From: Polyangiales bacterium
Lineage (GTDB): Bacteria; Myxococcota_A; Polyangia; Polyangiales; Polyangiaceae
Assembly (NCBI GenBank): GCA_038230375.1
Contig: JBBRNJ010000005.1
Span: 64,001 to 128,000, forward strand
Length of the DNA: 64,000 nt
Reading direction: 5' to 3'
Made by a program: the position numbers and the translations under genes. The notes below the pieces were generated by a model. That model was given only the letters and a program-made list of their open reading frames with translations, was not told the DNA's origin and did not search any database. Each line of letters opens with the position of its first letter. Positions within the stretch are counted from its first letter, which is position 1. Shown piece by piece: positions 1 to 9,140 of this stretch.

Positions 1-540
1 CTGGATGCTCGCTCTGCCATGGTGCCCATCCACGAACGCATGATCACCCTGAAAAATGGGGCGATCGAGCTCTCCAAGGACCACGTCGTCGCTGTCGGCG
101 GCGCGCCGGAGCGCGGCATCGCTGGTGATATCGCGACCTCGCCGAAGCAAATGTTCTTCCTCATCCCCATGCCGCCGGACGCGCTCACGTTCGGCATGGC
201 GACCATCAAGCTCTCGGACCCGCCGAAAGACGATGAGAAGATGAGCTTCTCGATGTACCCCAACGGGCTCGACCCGGCGCCGCTCGTCGCCACCGTTGGA
301 CAGGCACCCATCCGCGTCGCCAGGGTTCGCCCCCTGGACAAGGCGCCCACCGCTCCGCGCGGGCTGGAGCTCGGCACGCTGGGCGATGACGGCGCTTTCA
401 CGGGCCTCGGCATCATCACGGCCGTGCCGAGCAAACAGGCGATCACGGATCTCGACATTGTCGTGGACGGCGCCGGCGCCATCTGGCTCCTCTACGGCGA
501 CGCCAAGGACACCTGGCTCGAACGCCGCGTCTGCCCGTAG
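1..540 (+). CDS. hypothetical protein, C-terminal part (5' end outside window)
   Basis: Frame open from base 1 to TAG at 538-540; GC3-rich codon usage; no family recognised. Confidence 0.7.
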   Translation: MDARSAMVPIHERMITLKNGAIELSKDHVVAVGGAPERGIAGDIATSPKQMFFLIPMPPDALTFGMATIKLSDPPKDDEKMSFSMYPNGLDPAPLVATVGQAPIRVARVRPLDKAPTAPRGLELGTLGDDGAFTGLGIITAVPSKQAITDLDIVVDGAGAIWLLYGDAKDTWLERRVCP

Positions 541-581
541 AAGTCTGGCGAGCGGGCGCAGCGGGTAGTAGGCTTCGAGCC

Positions 582-1829
582 ATGCTCAAGAAGATTGCTT
601 GCATTGCTTTGTTCGCGGTCGTCCCCGCCATCTCCGTGGCCGCGTGCTCCAGCTCGTCGAGCGGCCCCGGCGTGGCAGATGACGCTGGCTCCGACGCGCT
701 CGCCACGGTCGACGCCGGCGGAAATACCGACGCCTCCCCTGTCGACGCAGGCCTGCAGCCGCTCAACTGGGGATGGATGAACATCCCGGGCGCGAAGTGC
801 CGCGACGGCTCCGATACCGGCATCGGCATCAACCTGAACCCCGCCTCCACGAAGGTCATGATCTTCCTCGAGGGCGGCGGCGCGTGCTTCAACAGCACCA
901 CGTGCAATGGCAACCCGTTCAAGTACGCGGAGACCGATTTCGTCGCCGGGTTGAAGGCCGCCGGCGCGTCGGGCTTCAATGGCTCGTTCGACAAGGACAA
1001 GACGAACGGCATCATGAGCCGCGGCGACATGAACAATCCGGTCAAGGACTGGAACATGATCTACGTCCCGTACTGCACCGGTGACATCCACGGCGGCGTG
1101 AACCCCGCGGGCATGGTGACGGGCGTCACCGGGGTTCAGCAGTTCGTGGGCCGCAAGAACATCGATCTCGATCTCGCGGCCATCAAGGCGCTGCTCCCGA
1201 GCACGTCAGAGGTGCTCCTCACCGGTATGAGTGGCGGCGGCTTCGGCACCGTCATGAGCTACGATCAGGTCGCCACGTTCTGGGGCGCCATCCCGGTCAC
1301 CATGATCGACGACTCGGGCCCGCCCATGCCGGCGCCCACGCTCGCGCCATGCCTCCAGTCGCAGCTCGTCAGCATCTGGGGCCTCGACAAGGGCGTCCTT
1401 GCCGACTGCGGTGCTGACTGCGTTGGCGATGGCGGCATCGACACCGGTAACTTTGGCATCAACGTGATGAAGCACCTGGGCAAGAAGTATCCGACCCGAA
1501 AGTTCGGCCTCATCGAGTCCACGGGTGACGTGACCATCACGTCGTTCTTCGGCTTCGGCAACAACGGCGCGTGCGGCGGCGGCTTCAACCCCGTGCTCGA
1601 GACGGACTTCGTGGATGGCCTCCTCGCGCTCCGCACGCAGATGGCCTTCGACCCGAACTTCGGCACGTTCTACTTCGGCGGCACGGACCACCAGGCGCAC
1701 ACGTCGTACGAAGGTCAGCTCGACGAGCGCATGAGCACCGACGCGCTCGACGGCGGCGTGGGCCCCACGGCCCTGTACGACTGGACCGCGAAGATGCTCG
1801 CTGGCACCGTCACCAACGTCGGTCCGTGA
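582..1829 (+). CDS. pectinacetylesterase/Notum-family hydrolase lipoprotein (paralog 1)
   Basis: Lipobox VAAC; motifs CRDGS, FLEGGGACF, YVPYCTGDIH; nucleophile GMSGGG; DDSGP; C-terminal His (AHTS). Confidence 0.85.
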   Translation: MLKKIACIALFAVVPAISVAACSSSSSGPGVADDAGSDALATVDAGGNTDASPVDAGLQPLNWGWMNIPGAKCRDGSDTGIGINLNPASTKVMIFLEGGGACFNSTTCNGNPFKYAETDFVAGLKAAGASGFNGSFDKDKTNGIMSRGDMNNPVKDWNMIYVPYCTGDIHGGVNPAGMVTGVTGVQQFVGRKNIDLDLAAIKALLPSTSEVLLTGMSGGGFGTVMSYDQVATFWGAIPVTMIDDSGPPMPAPTLAPCLQSQLVSIWGLDKGVLADCGADCVGDGGIDTGNFGINVMKHLGKKYPTRKFGLIESTGDVTITSFFGFGNNGACGGGFNPVLETDFVDGLLALRTQMAFDPNFGTFYFGGTDHQAHTSYEGQLDERMSTDALDGGVGPTALYDWTAKMLAGTVTNVGP

Positions 1830-2563
1830 GCCCGACGCAAGACACGAAGGACACCCGCGCCTACTACGACGAGTTCTCCAGGTCCTACGAGGCGCACAGG
1901 CGCCCGAACGATCCGCACGGCTATCACGCGCTGATCGACGACCTGGAGCTCGACCTCGTCGAGAAGCTCGGGCGCGGCAAGGACGTGCTCGAGTGCGGGT
2001 GCGGCACGGGGCTCCTGCTCGATCGCATCGCGCGCTTCGCGAAGACCGCGAAGGGCGTGGACCTGTCCCCCGGCATGCTGGAGAAGGCAACGGAGCGTGG
2101 CCTCTGCGTGAAAGAGGGAAGCATCACAGCGCTCCCCTACGACGACGAGTCCTTCGACGTGGCGTGCTCCTTCAAGGTGCTCGCCCATGTGCCCGATCTG
2201 GGCCTCGCGCTCTCCGAGATGGCGCGCGTAACCCGTCCCGGTGGCGTGGTCATCGCCGAGCTGTACAACGCGCTGAGCCTCCGCGCGCTGCTGAAGCGCT
2301 TCGGCCCCAGCGGCGCCATCTCCAGCCGCACCAAAGAAAGTGCAGTTTACACGCGATTCGATCCGCCCTGGATTTTGCCGCGGATCCTGCCGCCCGGCAC
2401 GCGGCTCGAGAAGACCCGCGGAGTCCGCATCGTGACGCCGGGTGCCTTCGCCATGCGCAACGTGGTGGGTCAAAAGGTGTTCCGCGCAGCCGAGTTCATG
2501 CTCGCGGACACGCCCGCGCGCTACTTCGGCGGCTTCTACGTCGCCGTCATCCGCAAAGATTGA
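1826..2563 (+). CDS. class I SAM-dependent methyltransferase
   Basis: VLECGCGTG motif I, GVDLSPGML, LPYDDESFD, RVTRPGG; GTG start overlaps upstream TGA. Confidence 0.9.
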   Translation: MSPTQDTKDTRAYYDEFSRSYEAHRRPNDPHGYHALIDDLELDLVEKLGRGKDVLECGCGTGLLLDRIARFAKTAKGVDLSPGMLEKATERGLCVKEGSITALPYDDESFDVACSFKVLAHVPDLGLALSEMARVTRPGGVVIAELYNALSLRALLKRFGPSGAISSRTKESAVYTRFDPPWILPRILPPGTRLEKTRGVRIVTPGAFAMRNVVGQKVFRAAEFMLADTPARYFGGFYVAVIRKD

Positions 2564-2579
2564 CCGGGTAAAAGGGGCG

Positions 2580-2607
2580 TTGACGGGGGCGGGCGCGCCA
2601 CTAGAGT
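2580..2607 (+). promoter_or_regulatory. sigma70-type promoter, likely giving a leaderless transcript
   Basis: TTGACG-N16-TAGAGT, then 7 nt to ATG 2615. Confidence 0.6.
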
Positions 2608-2614
2608 GCCCGTC

Positions 2615-3856
2615 ATGTCGAAGCCTCTCCTTGGTCTCAGCGTCATTCTCGTCACGGGCGCGGTGTTCGTTGCTTGCTCGAGCACGAGCACCACCAACAA
2701 CGTCGCTGCCGAGACCGATGGTGGCGGTGACGGCGACACGCCGATGTGGGACGGCGGCGAACCCGACGCGGCTTCCGCGGATGCTGGCTTTCCGGCAAAC
2801 ACGTGGACGTGGATCGACGTGCCCGGCGCGAAGTGCCGCGACGGCTCCTCCACCGGCATCGGCGTGAACCTGAGCCCCGGCTCCACCAAGACCGTCATGT
2901 TCCTCGAGGGCGGCGGCGCATGCTTCAACTCCGCCACCTGCGGCCAGAACCCGTCCAAGTTCAGCGGCGCGGACTTCAAGGCGTACGTGGGGATGGGCGG
3001 GCCCGCCGGCTCCGGGGGCGGCAAGTCGGGGACGTCGTTCGGCATCCTGGCGCGGGCGGACATGAAGAACCCGGTCAAGGACTGGAACATGATCTACGTC
3101 CCGTACTGCACGGGTGACATCCACGGCGGCAACAACCTCGCGGGCATGGTCGCGGGCGTCAGCGGCACGCAGCAGTTCGTCGGTCGCAACAACGTGAAGC
3201 TCGCGCTCGAGCAGACCAAGACGCTCGTCCCCAGCACCGACAAGGTGCTCCTCACGGGCGCCAGCGGCGGCGGCTTCGGCGCGCTCATGGCCTACGATCA
3301 GGTCGCCACGTTCTGGGGCTCGGTCCCGGTCACCATGATCGACGACTCGGGTCCGCCCATGGCCGATCCATTCCTGCCGTCGTGCATGCAGACGCTCGTC
3401 GCGAGTCTCTGGGGCCTCGACAAGAGCGTGCTGGCCGACTGCGGTCCGGATTGCCAGGGTGACGGCGGAGCGATCGACACTGCGCACTGGGGTATCAATG
3501 CGGTGAAGCACCTCGCAAAGAAGTACCCCGACCGCGTGCTCGGTCTGGTGGAGTCCACCGGCGACCTCACCATCTCGTCGTTCTTCGGCTTCGGCGCGTC
3601 GAACTGCACGGCGTTCCAGCCCGTGCTCGAGCCGGACTTCACGAGCGGCCTGCTCGACATCCGGGCCCAGCTCGCGTTCGACAAGAACTTCGGCACGTTC
3701 TATTTCGGCGGCGCGGACCACCAGGCGCACACGTCGTACGAGAACGCGCTCGACACACGGATGAGCACGGACGCGATGGATGGCGGCGCCCCGATCTCGC
3801 TCGCGGATTGGACCACGCAGATGGTGAACGGCACCGTCACCAACGTTGGGCCCTGA
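2615..3856 (+). CDS. pectinacetylesterase/Notum-family hydrolase lipoprotein (paralog 2)
   Basis: Lipobox FVAC; same motifs as 582-1829 (GASGGG); highly similar to it throughout. Confidence 0.85.
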   Translation: MSKPLLGLSVILVTGAVFVACSSTSTTNNVAAETDGGGDGDTPMWDGGEPDAASADAGFPANTWTWIDVPGAKCRDGSSTGIGVNLSPGSTKTVMFLEGGGACFNSATCGQNPSKFSGADFKAYVGMGGPAGSGGGKSGTSFGILARADMKNPVKDWNMIYVPYCTGDIHGGNNLAGMVAGVSGTQQFVGRNNVKLALEQTKTLVPSTDKVLLTGASGGGFGALMAYDQVATFWGSVPVTMIDDSGPPMADPFLPSCMQTLVASLWGLDKSVLADCGPDCQGDGGAIDTAHWGINAVKHLAKKYPDRVLGLVESTGDLTISSFFGFGASNCTAFQPVLEPDFTSGLLDIRAQLAFDKNFGTFYFGGADHQAHTSYENALDTRMSTDAMDGGAPISLADWTTQMVNGTVTNVGP

Positions 3857-3896
3857 AAAGGCCTTTTCCGCCCCACGAACGTCTATACTGTCCGTG

Positions 3897-6800
3897 ATGC
3901 GTGCGTTCATCCGGGTCTCGAAGTTTGCTCTGTTGTTCGGCGCGTTCGCGCTTGCTGCGTTCCTTGCACTGCGCCTTCGGGGTGGTGGTTTGTGGGATGG
4001 GCTCGCGCCGGCGCAGGCCTCCAACGGCAGCACGTCGCACACGCCAGCGAACTACGACCTCACGCAGCTGCGCGTCGTCAACGAGGTCCTGAAGACCATC
4101 CGCGATCGCTATGTCGATCCGAAGCGCGTGAAGCCGAAGGACATGCTCTTGTCGGCGCTCAACTTCGTGCAGCGCGACGTGGCGCAGGTCATCGTGTTGC
4201 ACGAGGAAAACCAGCCCACCGTGAAGATCCGCGTGGACACGCAGGAGCGCGAGTTCCGCGTGGACAACGTGCTCGGCCCTTGGGACGTGTCCGCGCGCCT
4301 CCGTGAGATCTTCGCGTTCGTGCAGGAGAACCTGCGCGGCACAGAGGTGGACCTCCGCGAGGTCGAGTACGCGGCCTGCAACGGCATGCTCCACACGCTC
4401 GACCCGCACAGCGTGCTGCTGTCGCCGGAGGCCTACAAGGAAATGAACCTGTCGACGAGCGGCCAGTTCGGCGGCCTCGGCATTGTCATCTCCATTCGCG
4501 ATCAGGAGCTCACGGTCATCAACCCCATGCCGAACACGCCGGCGGGGCGCGCGGGCATCCTCAAGTACGACCGCATCGTGAAGATCAACAACGAGGCCAC
4601 GCTGAACATGGGCCTCAACGAGGCCGTGAACCACCTGCGCGGCGCGCCCAACACCAAGGTCACGGTCTGGATTCGCCGCGACGGCCAGAGCGGCTGGAAG
4701 GAGCCGCGCCCGTTCGAGCTCCAGCGCGAGACCATCAAGGTGCAGAGCGTCGATCACAAGCTGCTCGACGGGAACATCGGCTACGTGCGCCTGAAGCAGT
4801 TCCAGGCGAACACGTCCGCGGATCTCGACGCGGCGCTCGCGGACATGAAGAAGAGCGGTGAGCTCAAGGGCCTCGTGCTCGATCTGCGCGGCAACCCCGG
4901 CGGTCTGCTCGACCAGGCAGCGCGTGTCGCGGACAAGTTCATCGCAACCGGTCCCATCGTCGCCACTGTCGGCAATCCCACGGAGGAGCGCGAGGAGAAG
5001 GTCGCCCATCCGGACGGCACAGAGCCGAACTACCCGATCGCGCTGCTCATCAACGGCTCCTCTGCGAGCGCGAGCGAGATCGTCGCAGGCGCACTGAAGA
5101 ACCACGATCGCGCCGTGCTCATCGGCGAGACGTCGTTCGGCAAGGGCTCCGTGCAGCTGGTCTTCACGGACCTGCCCGACAAGGCCGCGCTGAAGCTCAC
5201 CATCGCGCAGTACCTCACCGAGCCGGGCGATATCTCCATCCAGGGCACGGGCGTCACGCCGGACATCGCGCTGGACCCGATGACCGCGGACCTGAAGGAG
5301 ATGGACCTCACGGTGGACAGCGGCATGGTGAAGGAGCGCGATCTGGCGCGCACGCTGTCGAACACCGCGCACATCCGCGAGGGTCAGAAGCCCACGGAGT
5401 CGCTCCGCTACGAGCTCTCGGATTCGCTCCGTCGTGAGCTGCGTGAGCGCGGCGGCGACCCGGACGAGGTGCTCGGACCGGACTTCCCGAACAAGGATTT
5501 CCCCGTGAAATTCGCGCACGATTTCGTCGCGAAGGTGCAGTCGGGCAAGCGCCCCGAGCAGGTCCGCGCCGCGAAGCAGCTCATCGCGGATACGCGCATG
5601 GCGGAGATCGCGAAGGTCGAGGCGGACCTCAAGGCGATCGGAATCGACTGGACGGACGCGCCCGCGGATGTGCCGCAGGCGGGCCTCTCCGACACCGCGC
5701 CCAACGTCGAGGTGAAGCTCGAGACCGACAACCCGCAGAACGAGGTCGTCGCAGGCGAGCAGATGACGCTGAAGCTCTCGCTCACGAACAAGGGCACTGT
5801 GCCGCTCTACCGCCTGAGCGCGGTGACGAAGAGCGACAACGGCATGTTCGACAACAAGGAGCTCATCATCGGCTCGCTCGAGCCCGGCAAGACCAAGACG
5901 GCCGCGGTGCCGCTCGGCTGGTGCGAGACGGAGGGCAAGAAGGCCGGCTCCACCGCGCAGTCGCCGAAGGACGCGCCACGCGTGTGCAAGACGCCCAAGG
6001 ACACGAACGCCCGCGTCGACGGCATCACTCTCAAGTTCGACGAGGCGCGCGGCCGCGTGCCCAAGGAGTCCAAGCTCCGCGTCACCGTGAAGTCGCTCGA
6101 GCGCCCGACGTTCGCGTACAGCTACCAGATCGTCGACAACCGCAAAGGCAACGGCGACGGTCGCGTGCAGAAGGGTGAGAACCTCACCATGTACGTGTCC
6201 GTGAAGAACATCGGCAAGGGCAAGAGCTTCGAGACGCAGGCCAACCTGCGAAACCTCTCTGGCGACGGCCTGCTCCTGCACGAGGGGCGCTACGATCTCT
6301 CCAACATGCAGCCCGGTGAGGTGCGGAAGGTGTTCTTCACCTTCGACGTGGAGCAGCAGCTCCAGGACACCGAGGCAAAGGTGGAGTTCTCCATCTCCGA
6401 CCGCGACCTCCGCGAGACGGTGACGGAGAAGGTTCGCATGCAGCTGACCACGCCCATCACAGTCACCGCGGCGACGGGAACGATGCACGCGAAAGCGGCG
6501 ACTGCGGATCTCTTCGAGGCACCGGAGTCAGGCGCGCGCGTCTTCGCGAAGCTTCCCCAGGCAAGCACCGTGAACGTGCTCGCACGCGCAGGGGAGTTCG
6601 TGAAGCTCTCACTCGGAGACAATCGCTTCGGGTTTGCTCGCGCGGCGGAGCTCGATCAAGGGGCTGGTAGCACGACCGAGGTTGCATTCGAGGATGCGAT
6701 GCAGCGCCTTCCCCCGTCGATAGACGTGCCCGCGCCGGTGCTGGCGACCCGCGACACACACCTGCTCCTGAAGGGAGCTGTCAGCGACGGTGATCGCCTG

Positions 6801-7049
6801 CTGGATGGCTACATCTTCGTCGGTTCGAAGAAGCTGTTCTACCGCTCGAACCGCAACGGCACCGACCCCAAGCGTATGATCCTGGACGCGGATTTGCCGC
6901 TTCGTCCAGGCGTGAACGTCGTCACTGTCGTCGCGCGCGAGACCACCGATACGGTCGGTCGGAAGACGTTCATCGTGCGCCGGGACGGTCCCGAGGGCGA
7001 GCTCCTGGCCACGCCCAAGACAGAAGAGGAAGACGGCGGCGACGACTGA
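3897..7049 (+). CDS. S41 carboxyl-terminal processing protease with PDZ domain and long C-terminal extension (myxobacterial type)
   Basis: LDPHS, FGGLGI (PDZ), LDLRGNPGG, SASASEIVAG (catalytic Ser), FGKGSVQ (catalytic Lys); N-terminal hydrophobic anchor; TATACT 7 nt upstream. Confidence 0.92.
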   Translation: MRAFIRVSKFALLFGAFALAAFLALRLRGGGLWDGLAPAQASNGSTSHTPANYDLTQLRVVNEVLKTIRDRYVDPKRVKPKDMLLSALNFVQRDVAQVIVLHEENQPTVKIRVDTQEREFRVDNVLGPWDVSARLREIFAFVQENLRGTEVDLREVEYAACNGMLHTLDPHSVLLSPEAYKEMNLSTSGQFGGLGIVISIRDQELTVINPMPNTPAGRAGILKYDRIVKINNEATLNMGLNEAVNHLRGAPNTKVTVWIRRDGQSGWKEPRPFELQRETIKVQSVDHKLLDGNIGYVRLKQFQANTSADLDAALADMKKSGELKGLVLDLRGNPGGLLDQAARVADKFIATGPIVATVGNPTEEREEKVAHPDGTEPNYPIALLINGSSASASEIVAGALKNHDRAVLIGETSFGKGSVQLVFTDLPDKAALKLTIAQYLTEPGDISIQGTGVTPDIALDPMTADLKEMDLTVDSGMVKERDLARTLSNTAHIREGQKPTESLRYELSDSLRRELRERGGDPDEVLGPDFPNKDFPVKFAHDFVAKVQSGKRPEQVRAAKQLIADTRMAEIAKVEADLKAIGIDWTDAPADVPQAGLSDTAPNVEVKLETDNPQNEVVAGEQMTLKLSLTNKGTVPLYRLSAVTKSDNGMFDNKELIIGSLEPGKTKTAAVPLGWCETEGKKAGSTAQSPKDAPRVCKTPKDTNARVDGITLKFDEARGRVPKESKLRVTVKSLERPTFAYSYQIVDNRKGNGDGRVQKGENLTMYVSVKNIGKGKSFETQANLRNLSGDGLLLHEGRYDLSNMQPGEVRKVFFTFDVEQQLQDTEAKVEFSISDRDLRETVTEKVRMQLTTPITVTAATGTMHAKAATADLFEAPESGARVFAKLPQASTVNVLARAGEFVKLSLGDNRFGFARAAELDQGAGSTTEVAFEDAMQRLPPSIDVPAPVLATRDTHLLLKGAVSDGDRLLDGYIFVGSKKLFYRSNRNGTDPKRMILDADLPLRPGVNVVTVVARETTDTVGRKTFIVRRDGPEGELLATPKTEEEDGGDD

Positions 7050-7164
7050 CGTCTCAACGCCCCGCCTGTAGGCGAGACGTGCACATCACCGCATCGAAAT
7101 CGGCCCATTCACGCCGTTTCGTTTGAAGGGTGCAGGTCGAGTGGTACTTTTGTACGTGGGGCAC

Positions 7165-7971
7165 ATGGATTCGAAGACGCCGTCATTTGGTGAGTTGGAC
7201 CTGGGTTGGGACGAGGTCTCGGAGACCGCGACCCCCGTGTCCGGCGTGCGCCAGGCGCGCATCGTTCCCGGACTCGCGGCGCGCGACAGCAGTCGGCCTC
7301 TCGCAAGCGCAGACATGACGCGCATCGGTGACTCGCCACTCGAGGCCGGCATGCTCGAGGCCGACCCGCGCTCGGCCGGTACCATGGAAGATCCGCGACT
7401 GGATCAGGTGCGCGCGCTCTATGCGCGTGGGGATACCGCCGCCGCGCTCGCGTTCGCAGAGAAGATGAGCAGCGACAAACCGGCTGCTCTGCCTCCGGCC
7501 GCGCGCCGGTCCTCACCGCCTTCGCAGCCCGTCAGGCAACCCGTCAGTCAACCCGTCAGGCAACCCGTCAGTCAACCCCCCCCCGGTAGCGCGCGATCGT
7601 TCGCTCAGACGGTGACTGCTGCCGTGCGTACTGCGCCGTTGCCACGCGCGCCCGAGCCGTACGCGGACATCCAGGATGAGGGTGCGCCGGCCGACCATCC
7701 CTCCGACCACGAACACGGGACTGCGATCTTCGCTGCCGGCGCAGGCGAGGCGCTCATGCAGGTCGCGTCGCTCACCGGAACGCCGTACATCGCGATGGCG
7801 TTGCAAGAGGTCCAGCGCTTGCCGCTCGATCCGCGCGCAGGCTTCCTCATGTCCATCATCGATGGCGCGTCCACCATCCCTGACCTGTGCGATCTGGCAG
7901 GAATGCCGGAAGATGAGGTCGTGAGCGTTCTCACCGAGCTCGCGCGCCACAAGGTGATCGCGTTCAAGTAG
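7165..7971 (+). CDS. hypothetical protein with Pro-rich linker and C-terminal winged-helix-like domain
   Basis: C-terminus LPLDPRAGFLMSIIDGASTIPDLCDLAGMPEDEVVSVLTEL resembles a common myxobacterial module; start uncertain. Confidence 0.7.
   Translation: MDSKTPSFGELDLGWDEVSETATPVSGVRQARIVPGLAARDSSRPLASADMTRIGDSPLEAGMLEADPRSAGTMEDPRLDQVRALYARGDTAAALAFAEKMSSDKPAALPPAARRSSPPSQPVRQPVSQPVRQPVSQPPPGSARSFAQTVTAAVRTAPLPRAPEPYADIQDEGAPADHPSDHEHGTAIFAAGAGEALMQVASLTGTPYIAMALQEVQRLPLDPRAGFLMSIIDGASTIPDLCDLAGMPEDEVVSVLTELARHKVIAFK
7525..7578 (+). repeat. 12-bp coding tandem repeat (QPVR/QPVS)
   Basis: cagcccgtcagg-caacccgtcagt-caacccgtcagg-caacccgtcagt-caaccc. Confidence 0.9.
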
Positions 7972-7998
7972 AGCGTGGTAAAACGGCGAGCCGAACCC

Positions 7999-8757
7999 AT
8001 GCGGCTCCACATCAACATCGACCACGTCGCCACGCTTCGAAACGCCCGCGGGACTCCATATCCGGACCCTGTGCAGGCGGCGCAGATCTGTCTCGAGTCC
8101 GGCGCGGACGGTATCACTGCGCACCTGCGCGAGGACCGTCGCCACATCAAGGATGGTGATGTGGCCGCGCTGCGCGAGCTCCTCGTGGGAAAGCTGCTCA
8201 ACCTGGAGATGGCTGCAACGGACGAGATGGTGGCGATCGCGCTCAAGATCAAACCCAACGTCGTGTCGCTGGTGCCCGAGCGGCGTGAGGAGCGCACGAC
8301 GGAGGGCGGCCTCGACGTGGCGGCGGGCGGCGATGCACTCCGCGGCAAGGTGCAGAAGCTGGTGGCTGCGGGCATCAAGGTGAGCATGTTCATCGCTGCC
8401 GACCCTGCGCAGATCGACGCCTCGAAGGCGATCGGCGCGACGCAGGTGGAGCTGCACACCGGCGACTACGCGCACGCGTTCGGCGACATCTCGGGAGAGG
8501 ACGAGAGCGTGCGCAACGAGCTGATTCGCCTTGCCGCAGGCGCGGCGTATGCAAGCCGCACGGGCGTGGACGTTGCGGCAGGGCACGGCCTCACGCAGGA
8601 CAACGTGGGCCCGCTCATGGAGATCCCGCAGATCGAGGAGCTCAACATCGGGCATGCCGTGATCGCGGACGCCATCTTCATGTCGCTCGCTGGCGCCGTT
8701 CGGGCCATGCGCGCCCGCATCGACGAGGGGCTCGCGAATCGGAGGCTGCACTCGTGA
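7999..8757 (+). CDS. pdxJ: pyridoxine 5'-phosphate synthase
   Basis: NIDHVATLRNAR, HLREDRRHI, TTEGGLDV, AGHGL, ELNIGHA. Confidence 0.97.
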   Translation: MRLHINIDHVATLRNARGTPYPDPVQAAQICLESGADGITAHLREDRRHIKDGDVAALRELLVGKLLNLEMAATDEMVAIALKIKPNVVSLVPERREERTTEGGLDVAAGGDALRGKVQKLVAAGIKVSMFIAADPAQIDASKAIGATQVELHTGDYAHAFGDISGEDESVRNELIRLAAGAAYASRTGVDVAAGHGLTQDNVGPLMEIPQIEELNIGHAVIADAIFMSLAGAVRAMRARIDEGLANRRLHS

Positions 8758-9140
8758 TCGTCGGCCTTGGCATCGACGTGTGCTCGATCGAGCGCATGCG
8801 CGTGGCCATCGGCCGGCATGGCGACAGGTTCTGGGCTCGCATCTGCAGCGATCGCGAGCGCGCTTCGCTCGGCACACGCGCGACGGGCAATCAGGCCCCG
8901 ACAGCGCTCGCGGCGCGCTTCGCCGTGAAGGAGGCATTCTCCAAGGCGCTGGACGGTGCGCGTGGCGTCGGCTGGCACGAGGTGGAGATCATCAATCAGC
9001 CGAGCGGGCGTCCCGTGCTCGAGCTCTCGGGCAAGGCCCTCACGCGTGCGCACGCATTCGGCGCCGACACATGGCATGTCTCGATCACGCATGACGCAGG
9101 CATTGCCGCTGCGGTCGTCATCCTGGAGAAGCGAACATGA
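8754..9140 (+). CDS. acpS: holo-[acyl-carrier-protein] synthase
   Basis: GLGIDV, ARFAVKEAFSKAL, VSITHD; follows pdxJ. Confidence 0.95.
   Translation: MIVGLGIDVCSIERMRVAIGRHGDRFWARICSDRERASLGTRATGNQAPTALAARFAVKEAFSKALDGARGVGWHEVEIINQPSGRPVLELSGKALTRAHAFGADTWHVSITHDAGIAAAVVILEKRT

Noticed and set aside
1715..6488. Very long antisense ORFs (1715-4042, 3837-6488; also 41137-43800 and 58467-60908)
   Set aside because: Shadow or alternate frames of GC3-biased real genes; Arg/His-rich with no motifs.
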